DNA of 64,000 nt from an uncultured Acidimicrobiia bacterium. Its GTDB lineage: Bacteria > Actinomycetota > Acidimicrobiia > Acidimicrobiales > CAIXPF01. The notes beneath the pieces are model-generated. The model was not told the origin of the DNA. It made no database searches and worked only from the letters and a program-made list of their open reading frames with translations. Location of the stretch: positions 2,710 to 66,709 of the forward strand of contig CAIXPF010000032.1 of the NCBI GenBank assembly GCA_903921205.1, in the 5' to 3' direction. Below, one piece after another: positions 46,317 to 55,027 of this stretch; position 1 is the stretch's first letter, and every line of letters starts with the position of its first letter. The position numbers were made by a program, and so were the translations under genes.

Positions 46317-47123
46317 ATGACTGCCGAGCGCTACACCCACGGCCACCATGCGGCGGTACTGGCGAACCATTCCGCCCGCACCGCGCAGAACTCTGCGGCG
46401 TTCCTGCTGGACCGGCTGCAGCCCGGGCAACGGCTGCTCGATGTCGGTTGCGGTCCGGGCACGATCACCGTCGACCTCGCCGCCCTGCTCGATCCCGGCG
46501 AGGTGATCGGCGTCGACAACGTGGCGGGGGTGCTCGACAAGGCCCGGGCCTACGCCACCGAGCGGGGCCGGCGCAACGTGCGCTTCGAACAGGGCGACGC
46601 CTACGCCCTGCCCTTCGATGCGGACAGCTTCGACGTGGTCTACGCCCACCAGGTACTGCAGCACGTGGCCCGCCCCGTCGACGCGCTGCGCGAGATGTTC
46701 CGGGTGCTGCGGCCAGGTGGGCTCGTGGCGGTGCGCGACGCCGACTACGGCACCATGATCCACGCCCCGACCGACCCGCGGATCGACCTCTGGCTGGAGC
46801 TCTACCACACGGTCGCGCGCAGCAACGGCGGCGAGCCCGATGCCGGGCGTTTCCTGCGGGCGTGGGTCGCCGAGGCCGGGTTCGTGGACGCCGTCACCAC
46901 CGCCACCGCCTGGTGCTACGCCGACGCCGATCGGACCCACGAGTGGGGCAGCCAGTGGGCGTCGCGGGTCAGCGAGGGAGCCTTCGCCGACCAGGCGGTC
47001 GCCTCCGGCGCGTCCAGCGTCGAGGAGATCGGCGAGTTGTCCGCGGCGTGGACCGAATGGTCGACCAAGCCGACGGCCTTCTTCGCCTTCCTGCACGGCG
47101 AGGTACTGGCCGCCAAGCCCTGA
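46317..47123 (+). CDS. class I SAM-dependent methyltransferase
   Basis: LLDVGCGPGTIT motif I, with downstream FDVVYAHQVLQH and LRPGGLVAV. Confidence 0.85.
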   Translation: MTAERYTHGHHAAVLANHSARTAQNSAAFLLDRLQPGQRLLDVGCGPGTITVDLAALLDPGEVIGVDNVAGVLDKARAYATERGRRNVRFEQGDAYALPFDADSFDVVYAHQVLQHVARPVDALREMFRVLRPGGLVAVRDADYGTMIHAPTDPRIDLWLELYHTVARSNGGEPDAGRFLRAWVAEAGFVDAVTTATAWCYADADRTHEWGSQWASRVSEGAFADQAVASGASSVEEIGELSAAWTEWSTKPTAFFAFLHGEVLAAKP

Positions 47124-47127
47124 GGGC

Positions 47128-47616
47128 CTAGGCGCGCTCGAGGGCGGCGATGAGCTCCTCGAGCCCGGCCCGGGCGAAGGCGGTCATGTTGGCCTCCCGG
47201 TCGTCCGAGCCGGTCAGCACCTGGCGGGTACGGCTCACCGGACCCTCCACCGCCACCCACGCATGGCCGTTGGGGTCGCCGTAGCGGTTCGGGGTGGGGC
47301 CGGTGGCGCCGGTCTCGCCGGTTCCCCAGGTGGCGCCCAACCGACCGCGGACGGCCTGCGCCTGGTAGCGGGCGAACTCCTCGGTCGCGCCGCGCAGGCC
47401 CTTCGGGGTCTCGACCACACCGGCAAGCAGGGCCTTGCTGGCGGCGATGGTGTACACCACCGTGCCGCCGAGGTAGTACGCCGAGGCCCCCGGCACCGAC
47501 AGCAGCGCCGAGGAGATCAGCCCACCGGCGGCCGACTCGCAGACCGCTATGGTCTCACCGCGCTGCTTGAGCAACGTCGCTGCCCGGGCTGCCAACTCGT
47601 TCAGTTCACGATCCAC
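47128..47616 (-). CDS. CinA-family protein (PncC-like nicotinamide-nucleotide amidohydrolase domain)
   Basis: VCESAAGGLISSALLSVPGASAYYLGGTVVY motif. Confidence 0.8.
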   Translation of the reverse strand: MDRELNELAARAATLLKQRGETIAVCESAAGGLISSALLSVPGASAYYLGGTVVYTIAASKALLAGVVETPKGLRGATEEFARYQAQAVRGRLGATWGTGETGATGPTPNRYGDPNGHAWVAVEGPVSRTRQVLTGSDDREANMTAFARAGLEELIAALERA

Positions 47617-47622
47617 GGCCGC

Positions 47623-47628
47623 AACCTA
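47623..47628 (-). promoter_or_regulatory. -10 box TAGGTT, 6 nt before GTG 47616
   Basis: TANNNT at leaderless spacing. Confidence 0.4.
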
Positions 47629-47738
47629 CTCCCCGCCCCTGCCCCGGTGCCGCCGGGCGCCGGCCACGCCGTGTGGACGGTCACCGCATCGGCGGTCATG
47701 GCGGTCAGCGGCCGTGTCGGTTCCAGTCGCGATGTGGC

Positions 47739-49013
47739 TCAGTGGCGTCGAGCCGGGCGGGACCGAACGCCGCCGACGAGCAACTCGACGTCGATCCCGC
47801 CGTTGGCGAAGCGCAGCGCCTCGTGCAGCGACAGCCCGCTGTGTGCAGCGAGTCGCCGGTCGGCCACCAGCATGGCCACCGACCAGCCCGCAAGGCAGCG
47901 CTGCACCACCTCGCCGAAGCGGGCGTAGAGGTTGCGCAGGTCGCCGCCGTGGTCGATGCGGGTGCCGTAGGGCGGGTTGGTGACGACCCATCCCGTCGGG
48001 CCCGACGCCGGTTCGGTGGCCGACACCGGGCGCTCCACGAACTGCACGTGCTCGGACACCTCCGCCCGCTCGGCGTTCGCGGTGGCGGCTGCGACCGCAC
48101 CGGCGTCACGGTCGGCCCCGACGATGGCCAGCGGTTGGTCCGGCACGACCTCGGCGTCGACCGCCTGGCCCACGACGCTGGCCCAGGTGCCGGTCTCGAA
48201 GCTCGGCCAGTCGAAGAAGGCGAAGCCCCGCAGGAAGCCCGGCGGACGGCCCAACGCGGTCAGGGCGGCCTCGATGGGGATGGTCCCCGAGCCGCAGAAG
48301 GGATCGAGCAGCGGCTGGTCCGGTTGCCAGCCCACCGCCTGGATCAGGGCGGCCGCCAGGTTCTCGCGCAGCGGGGCCTTGGCCACCTCCTGACGCCAGC
48401 CCCGCTTGTAGAGCGGCGCACCCGAACAGTCGACCGACACCGTGAGGTGGTTCGCGACGTTGCGGACCACGAGCAGTTGCTGTTCGTCCTCGGCGTCATC
48501 GCCCTCGCCCGAACGTTCCCCGTCCGAGCCGCTCGATCCCGCCGATCCCGCTGTTCCCGCTGTTCCCGCCGATCCTGCCGACACCCCGCCCCAGCGATCG
48601 GCGAGGCGCTCGGCGATGGCGTCGGTGTGGTAGAGCGCAGATCGGCTCGCCGACACCCGCAGCACCGGCTGGCGGTCACCGAGCCAGGGGTCGAGCGACA
48701 CCGATCGAGCCGCCTGCTCGAGGGCCGCGAAGCTGGTGGCCTCGAACTCGGCGACGCGCACCAGCACCCGCGTCGCGGTGCGCAACCACAGGTTCGCGGC
48801 GTACAGCTGCCGGGTGGTGGCCCGGAAGGACACGCCGCCGCGTTCGGCCTTGACGGCGCGCACCCCGAGCGCACCGACCTCGGCAGCGCACAGCGCCTCG
48901 AGGCCGGGCGGGCACACGGCGTAGGCCGAGTGCAGGGGCCGCTTGGCCGCCCGCTCCCGGTTCGCCGGACGGGGCCGCGATGCGCCGGCGGACCGTCCAT
49001 CCGAGCCGCTCAT
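47739..49013 (-). CDS. THUMP-domain class I SAM-dependent RNA methyltransferase (UPF0020 / RlmL-like)
   Basis: ATG 49013 overlaps the deoD stop. PLYKRGWR, DPFCGSGTIPIEA and NPPYG motifs. A Ser/Gly/Ala/Thr-rich acidic insert is present. Confidence 0.75.
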   Translation of the reverse strand: MSGSDGRSAGASRPRPANRERAAKRPLHSAYAVCPPGLEALCAAEVGALGVRAVKAERGGVSFRATTRQLYAANLWLRTATRVLVRVAEFEATSFAALEQAARSVSLDPWLGDRQPVLRVSASRSALYHTDAIAERLADRWGGVSAGSAGTAGTAGSAGSSGSDGERSGEGDDAEDEQQLLVVRNVANHLTVSVDCSGAPLYKRGWRQEVAKAPLRENLAAALIQAVGWQPDQPLLDPFCGSGTIPIEAALTALGRPPGFLRGFAFFDWPSFETGTWASVVGQAVDAEVVPDQPLAIVGADRDAGAVAAATANAERAEVSEHVQFVERPVSATEPASGPTGWVVTNPPYGTRIDHGGDLRNLYARFGEVVQRCLAGWSVAMLVADRRLAAHSGLSLHEALRFANGGIDVELLVGGVRSRPARRH

Positions 49014-49744
49014 CGACCGTCCGCCAGCTGCAGCGCGTCCAGAGCCACGATCACCATGTCGCGAAAGCCTTCCTGCCGTTCGTCGGAGGAGAGGTGTTCG
49101 CCTCGCACCAACTGGTCGCTGACCGAACAGAGCGCCAGCGCCTCGGCCCGGTGCTGGGCAGCAGCGCCGTACAGGGCCGCCGCCTCCATCTCCACCGCCA
49201 GCACGCCCATCCGGATCGCCGGACCATACAGCTCCGTGAGCGGCTGGCCCGTGACGGGCGGGTAGAACAGGTCGGAGGACAGGACGTTTCCCACTTCGAC
49301 CGGCAACGCCGCAGCCTCGGCAGCGGCCAACGCCGCGACCAGCAGCCCGGCATGGGCGGTGGCGGCGAAGTCGAACCCGCCGAAACGCTGACGGTTGATG
49401 GTGGAATCGGTGCAGGCGCCGAGCGCCACCACGACCGATCGCAACTCGATCTCCGGCTGGAGTGCACCGCAGCTGCCGACCCGGACCAGCCGACGGCACC
49501 CGAAGTGGGTGATCAGCTCGGTGGCGTAGATGGTCATCGACGGCATCCCCATGCCGGTGCCCATCACCGACACCTCCCGACCCAGGTAGCGGCCGGTGTA
49601 GCCGAGCATGTTCCGCACCGCGGTGACCTCGCGGGCGCCCTCCAGGAGGGTCTCGGCGATCCACCGGGCCCGTAACGGATCGCCGGGCAGCAGCACGTCG
49701 GCGGCGAAGTCCCCGGGTTCGGCCGAGATGTGGGGGGTCGACAC
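49010..49744 (-). CDS. deoD: purine-nucleoside phosphorylase, DeoD type
   Basis: VSTPHISAEPGDFA...LLPGDPLRA...GTGMGMPS...VGSCG...EMEAAALY. The start was set at GTG 49744 (TAGCGT 8 nt upstream). The longest ORF starts at TTG 49768. Confidence 0.85.
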   Translation of the reverse strand: MSTPHISAEPGDFAADVLLPGDPLRARWIAETLLEGAREVTAVRNMLGYTGRYLGREVSVMGTGMGMPSMTIYATELITHFGCRRLVRVGSCGALQPEIELRSVVVALGACTDSTINRQRFGGFDFAATAHAGLLVAALAAAEAAALPVEVGNVLSSDLFYPPVTGQPLTELYGPAIRMGVLAVEMEAAALYGAAAQHRAEALALCSVSDQLVRGEHLSSDERQEGFRDMVIVALDALQLADGR

Positions 49745-49752
49745 GACCGACA

Positions 49753-49758
49753 ACGCTA
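49753..49758 (-). promoter_or_regulatory. -10 box TAGCGT, 8 nt before GTG 49744 (deoD)
   Basis: TANNNT at leaderless spacing. Confidence 0.35.
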
Positions 49759-49772
49759 CCGCCCGCAACCGC

Positions 49773-49778
49773 TAGGGT
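49773..49778 (+). promoter_or_regulatory. -10 box TAGGGT, 6 nt before ATG 49785
   Basis: TANNNT at leaderless spacing. Confidence 0.45.
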
Positions 49779-49784
49779 GACCCC

Positions 49785-50021
49785 ATGCCGCGCTACGAAT
49801 ACCGCTGCCGCACCTGTGACACCGTCTTCACCGAGCAGCGGCCGATGAGCCGCTCCTCCGAGCCCGCCACCTGCCCCGACGGGCACGAGGACGCCCGACG
49901 GGTGCTCTCGGTGTTCGCCACCGCCGGACGGGCGACCGCCTCCGACAGCGGGCCCGCGCCGTCCTTCGGGGGCGGCGGCTGGGGTGGCGGCGGCTGCGGT
50001 GGAGGCTGCGCCTGCCACTGA
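49785..50021 (+). CDS. FmdB-family zinc-ribbon protein with a Gly/Cys-rich tail
   Basis: MPRYEYRCRTCDTVFTE...CPDGH CxxC..C motif. Tail GGGGWGGGGCGGGCACH. Confidence 0.8.
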   Translation: MPRYEYRCRTCDTVFTEQRPMSRSSEPATCPDGHEDARRVLSVFATAGRATASDSGPAPSFGGGGWGGGGCGGGCACH

Positions 50022-50159
50022 GCCGGCCGCGTCAGCCGGAACCGCCGGTCCGGTTCAGAACCCGGACCGAGCGCGACCAACAAGCCCGTGACGCCGCTCA
50101 GGCAGTGACCGCGCCCCGCCACGCGGCGGGGTGAACAGCCGGCGTCAGCGCTGGCGCGC

Positions 50160-50609
50160 TCAGGCTGCGGTGGCGGTGGCGGCCTGCTGGACGAACGCCT
50201 CGAACTGGTCGGCCACGAACTGGCCGATGTGCTCGGCGTCGAGCTCGGTCCGCTTGATGGCCTGGCCACCGACGACCACGGCCCCCTTGCGGGACAGCAC
50301 CTTGGACAGCCCACCGACGGTGCCACCGGCCTTGAGGGCGTAGGTGCAGAACACGCTCACGTGCTTGCCGTCGAGCCAGGGCAGCTTCTTGAACCGCCCG
50401 ACGCGGCCCGGACGCTGGCCGAACAGGAACAGCCCGTCGGTCCAGGACCCGACGAACACCAGGTCCGCCTCGGCCAGGGCGTGCAGATCGACCGACGTCA
50501 CCGAGCAGACCGTGGTCTCGGCCCCCAGGAACGTCGACGCCCCGCCGATCAGCTCGGCCGCACGCTTGGTGTTGCCACCCATCGACTCGTAGATCACCAG
50601 CACCTTCAC
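50160..50609 (-). CDS. flavodoxin-family protein, 149 aa
   Basis: GTG 50609 after GAGAAGGGGG. VKVLVIYESMGGNTKRAAE FMN-binding start. Confidence 0.7.
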   Translation of the reverse strand: MKVLVIYESMGGNTKRAAELIGGASTFLGAETTVCSVTSVDLHALAEADLVFVGSWTDGLFLFGQRPGRVGRFKKLPWLDGKHVSVFCTYALKAGGTVGGLSKVLSRKGAVVVGGQAIKRTELDAEHIGQFVADQFEAFVQQAATATAA

Positions 50610-50701
50610 GCCCCCTTCTCTAGCAGGTCGGCGACCCGCAACGGTTGTTCGTGAACGGTGCCGGCGGCGGCCGGGGCATCCTGGGGCGCCCAGGTCGGTG
50701 C

Positions 50702-50938
50702 TCAGCCCTCGTCCGAGGGATGATCGGCCTCGATCCTGGCCCGGATCTCGGCGAAGGGATCGGGCTCGGCGGCGATCTCCTCCAACGTGCTGGCCAGCTG
50801 CTCGTCGGGACCCGCCGCCAACTCGGCCTCGCGGCGGCGCAGGTCGGCGTCGAGTCGGGCCTCGGTGGCGTCGATCAGGTCCCTGGCCTCGGCGGTCTCC
50901 CGCCCGAGCGCAGCCCGCAGCCGGTCCCACCAGCTCAC
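50702..50938 (-). CDS. 78-aa acidic, helical hypothetical protein
   Basis: The GTG overlaps the upstream stop (GTGA). Third positions are GC-rich. Sequence: VSWWDRLRAALGRETAEARDLIDATEARLDADLRRREAELAA... Confidence 0.5.
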   Translation of the reverse strand: MSWWDRLRAALGRETAEARDLIDATEARLDADLRRREAELAAGPDEQLASTLEEIAAEPDPFAEIRARIEADHPSDEG

Positions 50939-51567
50939 GCCGGCTCTGCCTCGACGGTGATCGTCATGGCCTCGACGGCCCGGTAGATCTCCTGGTCGCG
51001 CTGCGGCTGCCAGCGGTCGTAGAAGATCACCTCGACCGGGTGCCATGCAGCCACCCACAGCAGCAGCATCGGCAGGGGGGTCAGCAGCAGCGCCACATCG
51101 TCGGAGATGAACGGCGCCAGGTGCAGGCCGGCGAACAGCACGCCGGCGATGATCGAGCACACGAGGGCGAAGGGCGTCTTGGCGTAGCCCTCGTAGCGGG
51201 CGCGGGCCTCCTCCTCGGCGGCCTCGTCCAGCTTGTGCCGGCTGTAGCGCCGAACCGCTGCCGCAGCGCGTTCCTGCAGGTCGTCGGCCATCTCCGATGC
51301 CGGCACCACCAACGTGGCCTCGAACGTGGTGGGCGGTTTCCAGCGACGCACCGCCAGGTTGGCGACGATGTCGTCGATCCCCGACGTCACCCGCAGCTGG
51401 TCCTCGAAGGGGTCGGCCTCCGGCGCCTCGAACAGCTCGCCGATCTCCCCCAGGCGCACCCGGAAGGCGATACGCCCCTCGCCGGCCTGCACCGAGGTGG
51501 CCTCACCGACGGGGTAGTGGTGCGACCCTTCCATACCGGCAGGGTGGGGGTGTTGCAGACGGCTCAT
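50935..51567 (-). CDS. 210-aa hypothetical membrane protein (soluble N-terminal half, two C-terminal TM helices)
   Basis: The ATG overlaps the upstream stop (ATGA). TM segments are FALVCSIIAGVLFAGLHLAPF and LLLTPLPMLLLWVAAW. I recognise no family. Confidence 0.55.
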   Translation of the reverse strand: MSRLQHPHPAGMEGSHHYPVGEATSVQAGEGRIAFRVRLGEIGELFEAPEADPFEDQLRVTSGIDDIVANLAVRRWKPPTTFEATLVVPASEMADDLQERAAAAVRRYSRHKLDEAAEEEARARYEGYAKTPFALVCSIIAGVLFAGLHLAPFISDDVALLLTPLPMLLLWVAAWHPVEVIFYDRWQPQRDQEIYRAVEAMTITVEAEPA

Positions 51568-53207
51568 CGGGCGCGGCTCCTCTGGTGGGGGGGAAGGGGG
51601 AAGCTCATCGGGGCAAGGGCGCGCAGGTCGATGTCGAGCAGAGTGGGTCCCGGTCGGTCCATCGCCCGGCCGAACGCGGCCTCGAACTCGGCGACCCCGG
51701 CGACCCGCTCGGAGGCCAGGCCCATGCCCTGGGCCACGAGGGCGAAGTCGGGGGTGTGCAGATCGACCCCGAACCGCCGGTCCATCACCCGTTCCTGGAT
51801 GGTGCGCAACACTCCGTAGCCGCCGTCGTTGAAGACGCACACCACGACCGGCAGCTGGTAGTCGACCAGGGTCGCGAGCTCGCCGAGCGAGAGCATGATC
51901 CCGCCATCGCCCTGGATGAGCAGGGTGCGTCGGCCGCTGCCGAGGGCCGCACCGACGGCGAGCGGAACGCCCGGGCCGATGGCCAGCGACGAGGGCCGGA
52001 TGGAGGTCCTCGGGTGCAGCACCGGCAGCACCCGGTTGCCCCACAGGTAGGCGGGCACGGTGGAGTCCCGCACGATGGGGGCGTCGTCGGGCAGCAACCG
52101 GCGAATGATCTGCCAGATCTGCCAGTGGTCCGGCCCGGTCTCCTCCTCGGACTTCTCGAGGTCGGCCCGGACCGACTTGCGGGCCCGGTCCACGAAGCCG
52201 TCGTCGACGCCGCCGCCGTGCACCCGGTCGGCCAGCGCGGCCAACGCGTCGGCGGCATCGGCCACGATCGCCACCTCGGCGGGGTAGTTCCGGCCGATCA
52301 CCCCGGGGTCGGCGTCGATGTGCACCAGTGTGCCGGGGATCTTCATCTGCCACATCCGGGTGGCGTAGTTCTGGAAGCGGGTGCCGACGGCGAGCACCAC
52401 GTCGGCCTCCTTGATGATCGGCGACAACGCACCCCGCTCGACCCGGGGGCCGAGGCACAGCGGATGGTCCTCGGGCAGCGAGCCCCGGCCCTCGATGGTG
52501 GTGATGACCGGCGCCCCGAGCTTCTCGGCCAGGGCCCGCAGAGCGGCGGAACCGTCGGCGGCGACCACCCCTCCCCCGGCCCAGATCAGCGGACGTTCGG
52601 CTCCGTCGAGCAACTCGGCCACCCGGTCGAGCACCGCCGGGTCGAGCTCGGCCCGCCCGGGAGCGGGAACCGGCGGCACCGTCACCTCGGCCTCGGCGTA
52701 CTGCAGATCGATGGGGATCTCGACCGCACCCGGCTGGGGCCGACCGGTACGCAGGTCGGTGGCCACCGCGACGATGGTCGACGCGATGTCCTCGGTCCGC
52801 CGCACCGACTCGGCCCGGCGGGTCACGGTGCGCAACATGTCGAGCTGATGTTCGGCCTCGTGCAGGAATCCCTTGCCCTTGCCGTAGAACCGGGTCTCGA
52901 TCTGCCCGGTGATCATCAGTACTGGCGACGAACCGAACTGGGCCTCGTACAGGCCGGCCATGGCGTTGACCGCCCCGGGACCGGTCGAGGTCAGCACGAC
53001 GCCGAGCTGCCCCGAGGTCCGGGCGAACGCATCGGCGGCATGCGCAGCACCCTGCTCGTGCCGGCAGCGGACCACGGTCATGCCCTCGGTCCGGGACAAC
53101 GCCTCGTAGATGGGCAGGTTGTGGACGCTCACGATGCCGAACACGTGGGTCACACCGAGCGCAGCGAGAGCGGCAGCCGCCGCCTCACCACCGGACATGC
53201 GGGTCAT
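51564..53207 (-). CDS. thiamine-diphosphate-dependent enzyme (acetolactate synthase large-subunit-like)
   Basis: N-terminal Pyr domain (HEQGAAHAADAFAR, TSTGPGAVNA) and a C-terminal TPP-binding GDGG...NDGGYG motif. Confidence 0.85.
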   Translation of the reverse strand: MTRMSGGEAAAAALAALGVTHVFGIVSVHNLPIYEALSRTEGMTVVRCRHEQGAAHAADAFARTSGQLGVVLTSTGPGAVNAMAGLYEAQFGSSPVLMITGQIETRFYGKGKGFLHEAEHQLDMLRTVTRRAESVRRTEDIASTIVAVATDLRTGRPQPGAVEIPIDLQYAEAEVTVPPVPAPGRAELDPAVLDRVAELLDGAERPLIWAGGGVVAADGSAALRALAEKLGAPVITTIEGRGSLPEDHPLCLGPRVERGALSPIIKEADVVLAVGTRFQNYATRMWQMKIPGTLVHIDADPGVIGRNYPAEVAIVADAADALAALADRVHGGGVDDGFVDRARKSVRADLEKSEEETGPDHWQIWQIIRRLLPDDAPIVRDSTVPAYLWGNRVLPVLHPRTSIRPSSLAIGPGVPLAVGAALGSGRRTLLIQGDGGIMLSLGELATLVDYQLPVVVCVFNDGGYGVLRTIQERVMDRRFGVDLHTPDFALVAQGMGLASERVAGVAEFEAAFGRAMDRPGPTLLDIDLRALAPMSFPLPPHQRSRAR

Positions 53208-53213
53208 CGGCCC

Positions 53214-53219
53214 AACCTA
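53214..53219 (-). promoter_or_regulatory. -10 box TAGGTT, 6 nt before ATG 53207
   Basis: TANNNT at leaderless spacing. Confidence 0.4.
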
Positions 53220-53306
53220 GTCCGCATCCCGGGAACGGATATCGCCCCGCTCCGTGCGAGACTGTGACGGAGACAACATCGCTCCACAGTCGCCAACGGA
53301 GGCGCC

Positions 53307-54011
53307 ATGGCCGGCCCCGCGTACCTGTCCGACACCCCGGTAGCCACCCAGGCTGCCGCGGTCCGAGCCCAATTCCTGGTCAAGGTGTACGTGCACCTTG
53401 CGGCAGCGGTGGGCGCGTTCCTCGCCGTGGAGACCGCCCTGTTCATGGGCGGCGGCGCCAAGGCCCTCTACGAGCTGCTGGCCCGGCGCGGCGCCGTCTG
53501 GCTGCTGATCCTCGGCGGGTTCATGGTCGTCAACTGGATCGGCACCCAGGCCGCCCACAACCTGACCAACCCCCAGGCCCAGTACTTCGGCCTGTTCGGC
53601 ATCGCCGCCGCCGAGGCCGTCATCTTCGCCCCGTTCCTGTACCTGGTGTTCAACACCGACGGGGCGACGACCGTGGCCGCTGCGGCCCTCATCACCCTGG
53701 TCGGGTTCGCCGCCCTCACCGCCGTCGGCATCTTCACCAGCAAGGACCTGTCGATCCTGCGGCCGTTGGTGATGTGGGGCAGCATCGTCGCCCTGCTGGC
53801 CATCGTGGCGGCGGTGATCTTCGGCGCCAACCTCGGCACCTGGTTCAGCGTGATCATGGTGGGCCTGGCCGGGGCAGCGATCCTTTACCAGACCCAGAAC
53901 ATCATGAAGCGCTACCCGGAATGGGCCTACGTCGGCGCAGCGGTGCAGCTGTTCGGCTCCCTGATGACCATGTTCTGGTACGTGCTGCGAATCCTCAGCG
54001 CCCGCCGCTGA
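53307..54011 (+). CDS. Bax inhibitor-1 / YccA family membrane protein
   Basis: 234 aa with 7 TM segments. FLVKVYVHL start and a YQTQNIMK-like segment. GGAGG lies upstream. Confidence 0.85.
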   Translation: MAGPAYLSDTPVATQAAAVRAQFLVKVYVHLAAAVGAFLAVETALFMGGGAKALYELLARRGAVWLLILGGFMVVNWIGTQAAHNLTNPQAQYFGLFGIAAAEAVIFAPFLYLVFNTDGATTVAAAALITLVGFAALTAVGIFTSKDLSILRPLVMWGSIVALLAIVAAVIFGANLGTWFSVIMVGLAGAAILYQTQNIMKRYPEWAYVGAAVQLFGSLMTMFWYVLRILSARR

Positions 54012-54024
54012 CCAGCAAGAACGC

Positions 54025-54056
54025 GAACAGGACCGGCCGTGAGGCCGGTCCTGTTC
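54025..54056. terminator. Perfect 14-bp stem hairpin (loop GTGA) with T-rich flanks between convergent genes. Intrinsic terminator candidate
   Basis: GAACAGGACCGGCC-GTGA-GGCCGGTCCTGTTC, followed by TCGTTGTG. Confidence 0.65.
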
Positions 54057-54115
54057 TCGTTGTGGGATGTGGCGGCGGGACAAGCGATCGGGCGCTCTCG
54101 CCCCCAGCCGCCGCC

Positions 54116-55027
54116 TCAGGCTGCGTCGAGCAGCGCCCGGGCGAAAGCCGCCTGCTCCGGGCCACGCAACTTGGCCAGCGCCTGGCGCTCGATCTGGCGG
54201 ATCCGATCGGCGGACAGGCCCAGCTCGGCGCCGATGTCGGCCTGGGTGGCCGGCGGGCCGTCGAAGCCGTAGCGCTTGCGCAGCACGAACCGCTCCCGGT
54301 CCTCCAGGCTGGACAGCAACCGGTCGAGCTCGGCCGGGACCAGGTTGGCGATGGCGGCCTCGCTGGGGTTGTCGGCCTGCTGGTCCGCGACGAGATCGCC
54401 ACGCACGGCGTCGCCGTCGCCCACCGGCTCGTCCAGCGAGGACGGCTCGCTGAGGTAGCGACGCAGCAGGGTGACCTGCTCCACCGTCACCAGCGCTTCC
54501 TTGGCCAACTCCTCGACCGTCGGCTCGCGGCCGAAACGGGCCTCGAGCTCGAGCCGGGCCCGCTGCAGACGCAGGGCGTCGTCACGGACCGGGGCGGGCA
54601 GCCGCACGAGGCGGCTGCCGGCGACCACACCACGCTGGATGGCCTGACGGATCCACCACGTGGCATAGGTCGAGAACTTGAACCCCTTGCGCCAGTCGAA
54701 CTTGTCGACGGCGTGGATGAGCCCGAGGTTGCCCTCCTGGATCAGGTCGAGCAGGGGCATCCCCGAGGACTGGTAGGCCTTGGCGATGGACACCACGAGA
54801 CGCAGGTTGGAGGTCACGAAGCGCTGGTGGGCGTCGTGACCTTCCCGGACGGCACGCCGCAGGGCACGCTTGCGGGCAGGGGTGAGCACATCGGCAAGGG
54901 TCTCGAGCTCGGCCTCGGCGGCGCGACCTGCTTCGATGCAGCGCGCGAGGTCGGCCTCGTCGGTCTTGGTCAGCAGCGGGTAGCTGCCGATCTCGTTGAG
55001 GTAGACCCGTACAAGGTCTTCCGTCAT
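54116..55027 (-). CDS. RNA polymerase sigma-70 family factor, group-2-like (no region 1.1)
   Basis: DLVRVYLNEIG (region 1.2), LIQEGNLGLIHAVDKFD and FKFSTYATWWIRQAI (region 2), and region 4.2 IGAELGLSADRIRQIERQAL. The start is ATG 55027 or the in-frame GTG 55045. Confidence 0.9.
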   Translation of the reverse strand: MTEDLVRVYLNEIGSYPLLTKTDEADLARCIEAGRAAEAELETLADVLTPARKRALRRAVREGHDAHQRFVTSNLRLVVSIAKAYQSSGMPLLDLIQEGNLGLIHAVDKFDWRKGFKFSTYATWWIRQAIQRGVVAGSRLVRLPAPVRDDALRLQRARLELEARFGREPTVEELAKEALVTVEQVTLLRRYLSEPSSLDEPVGDGDAVRGDLVADQQADNPSEAAIANLVPAELDRLLSSLEDRERFVLRKRYGFDGPPATQADIGAELGLSADRIRQIERQALAKLRGPEQAAFARALLDAA

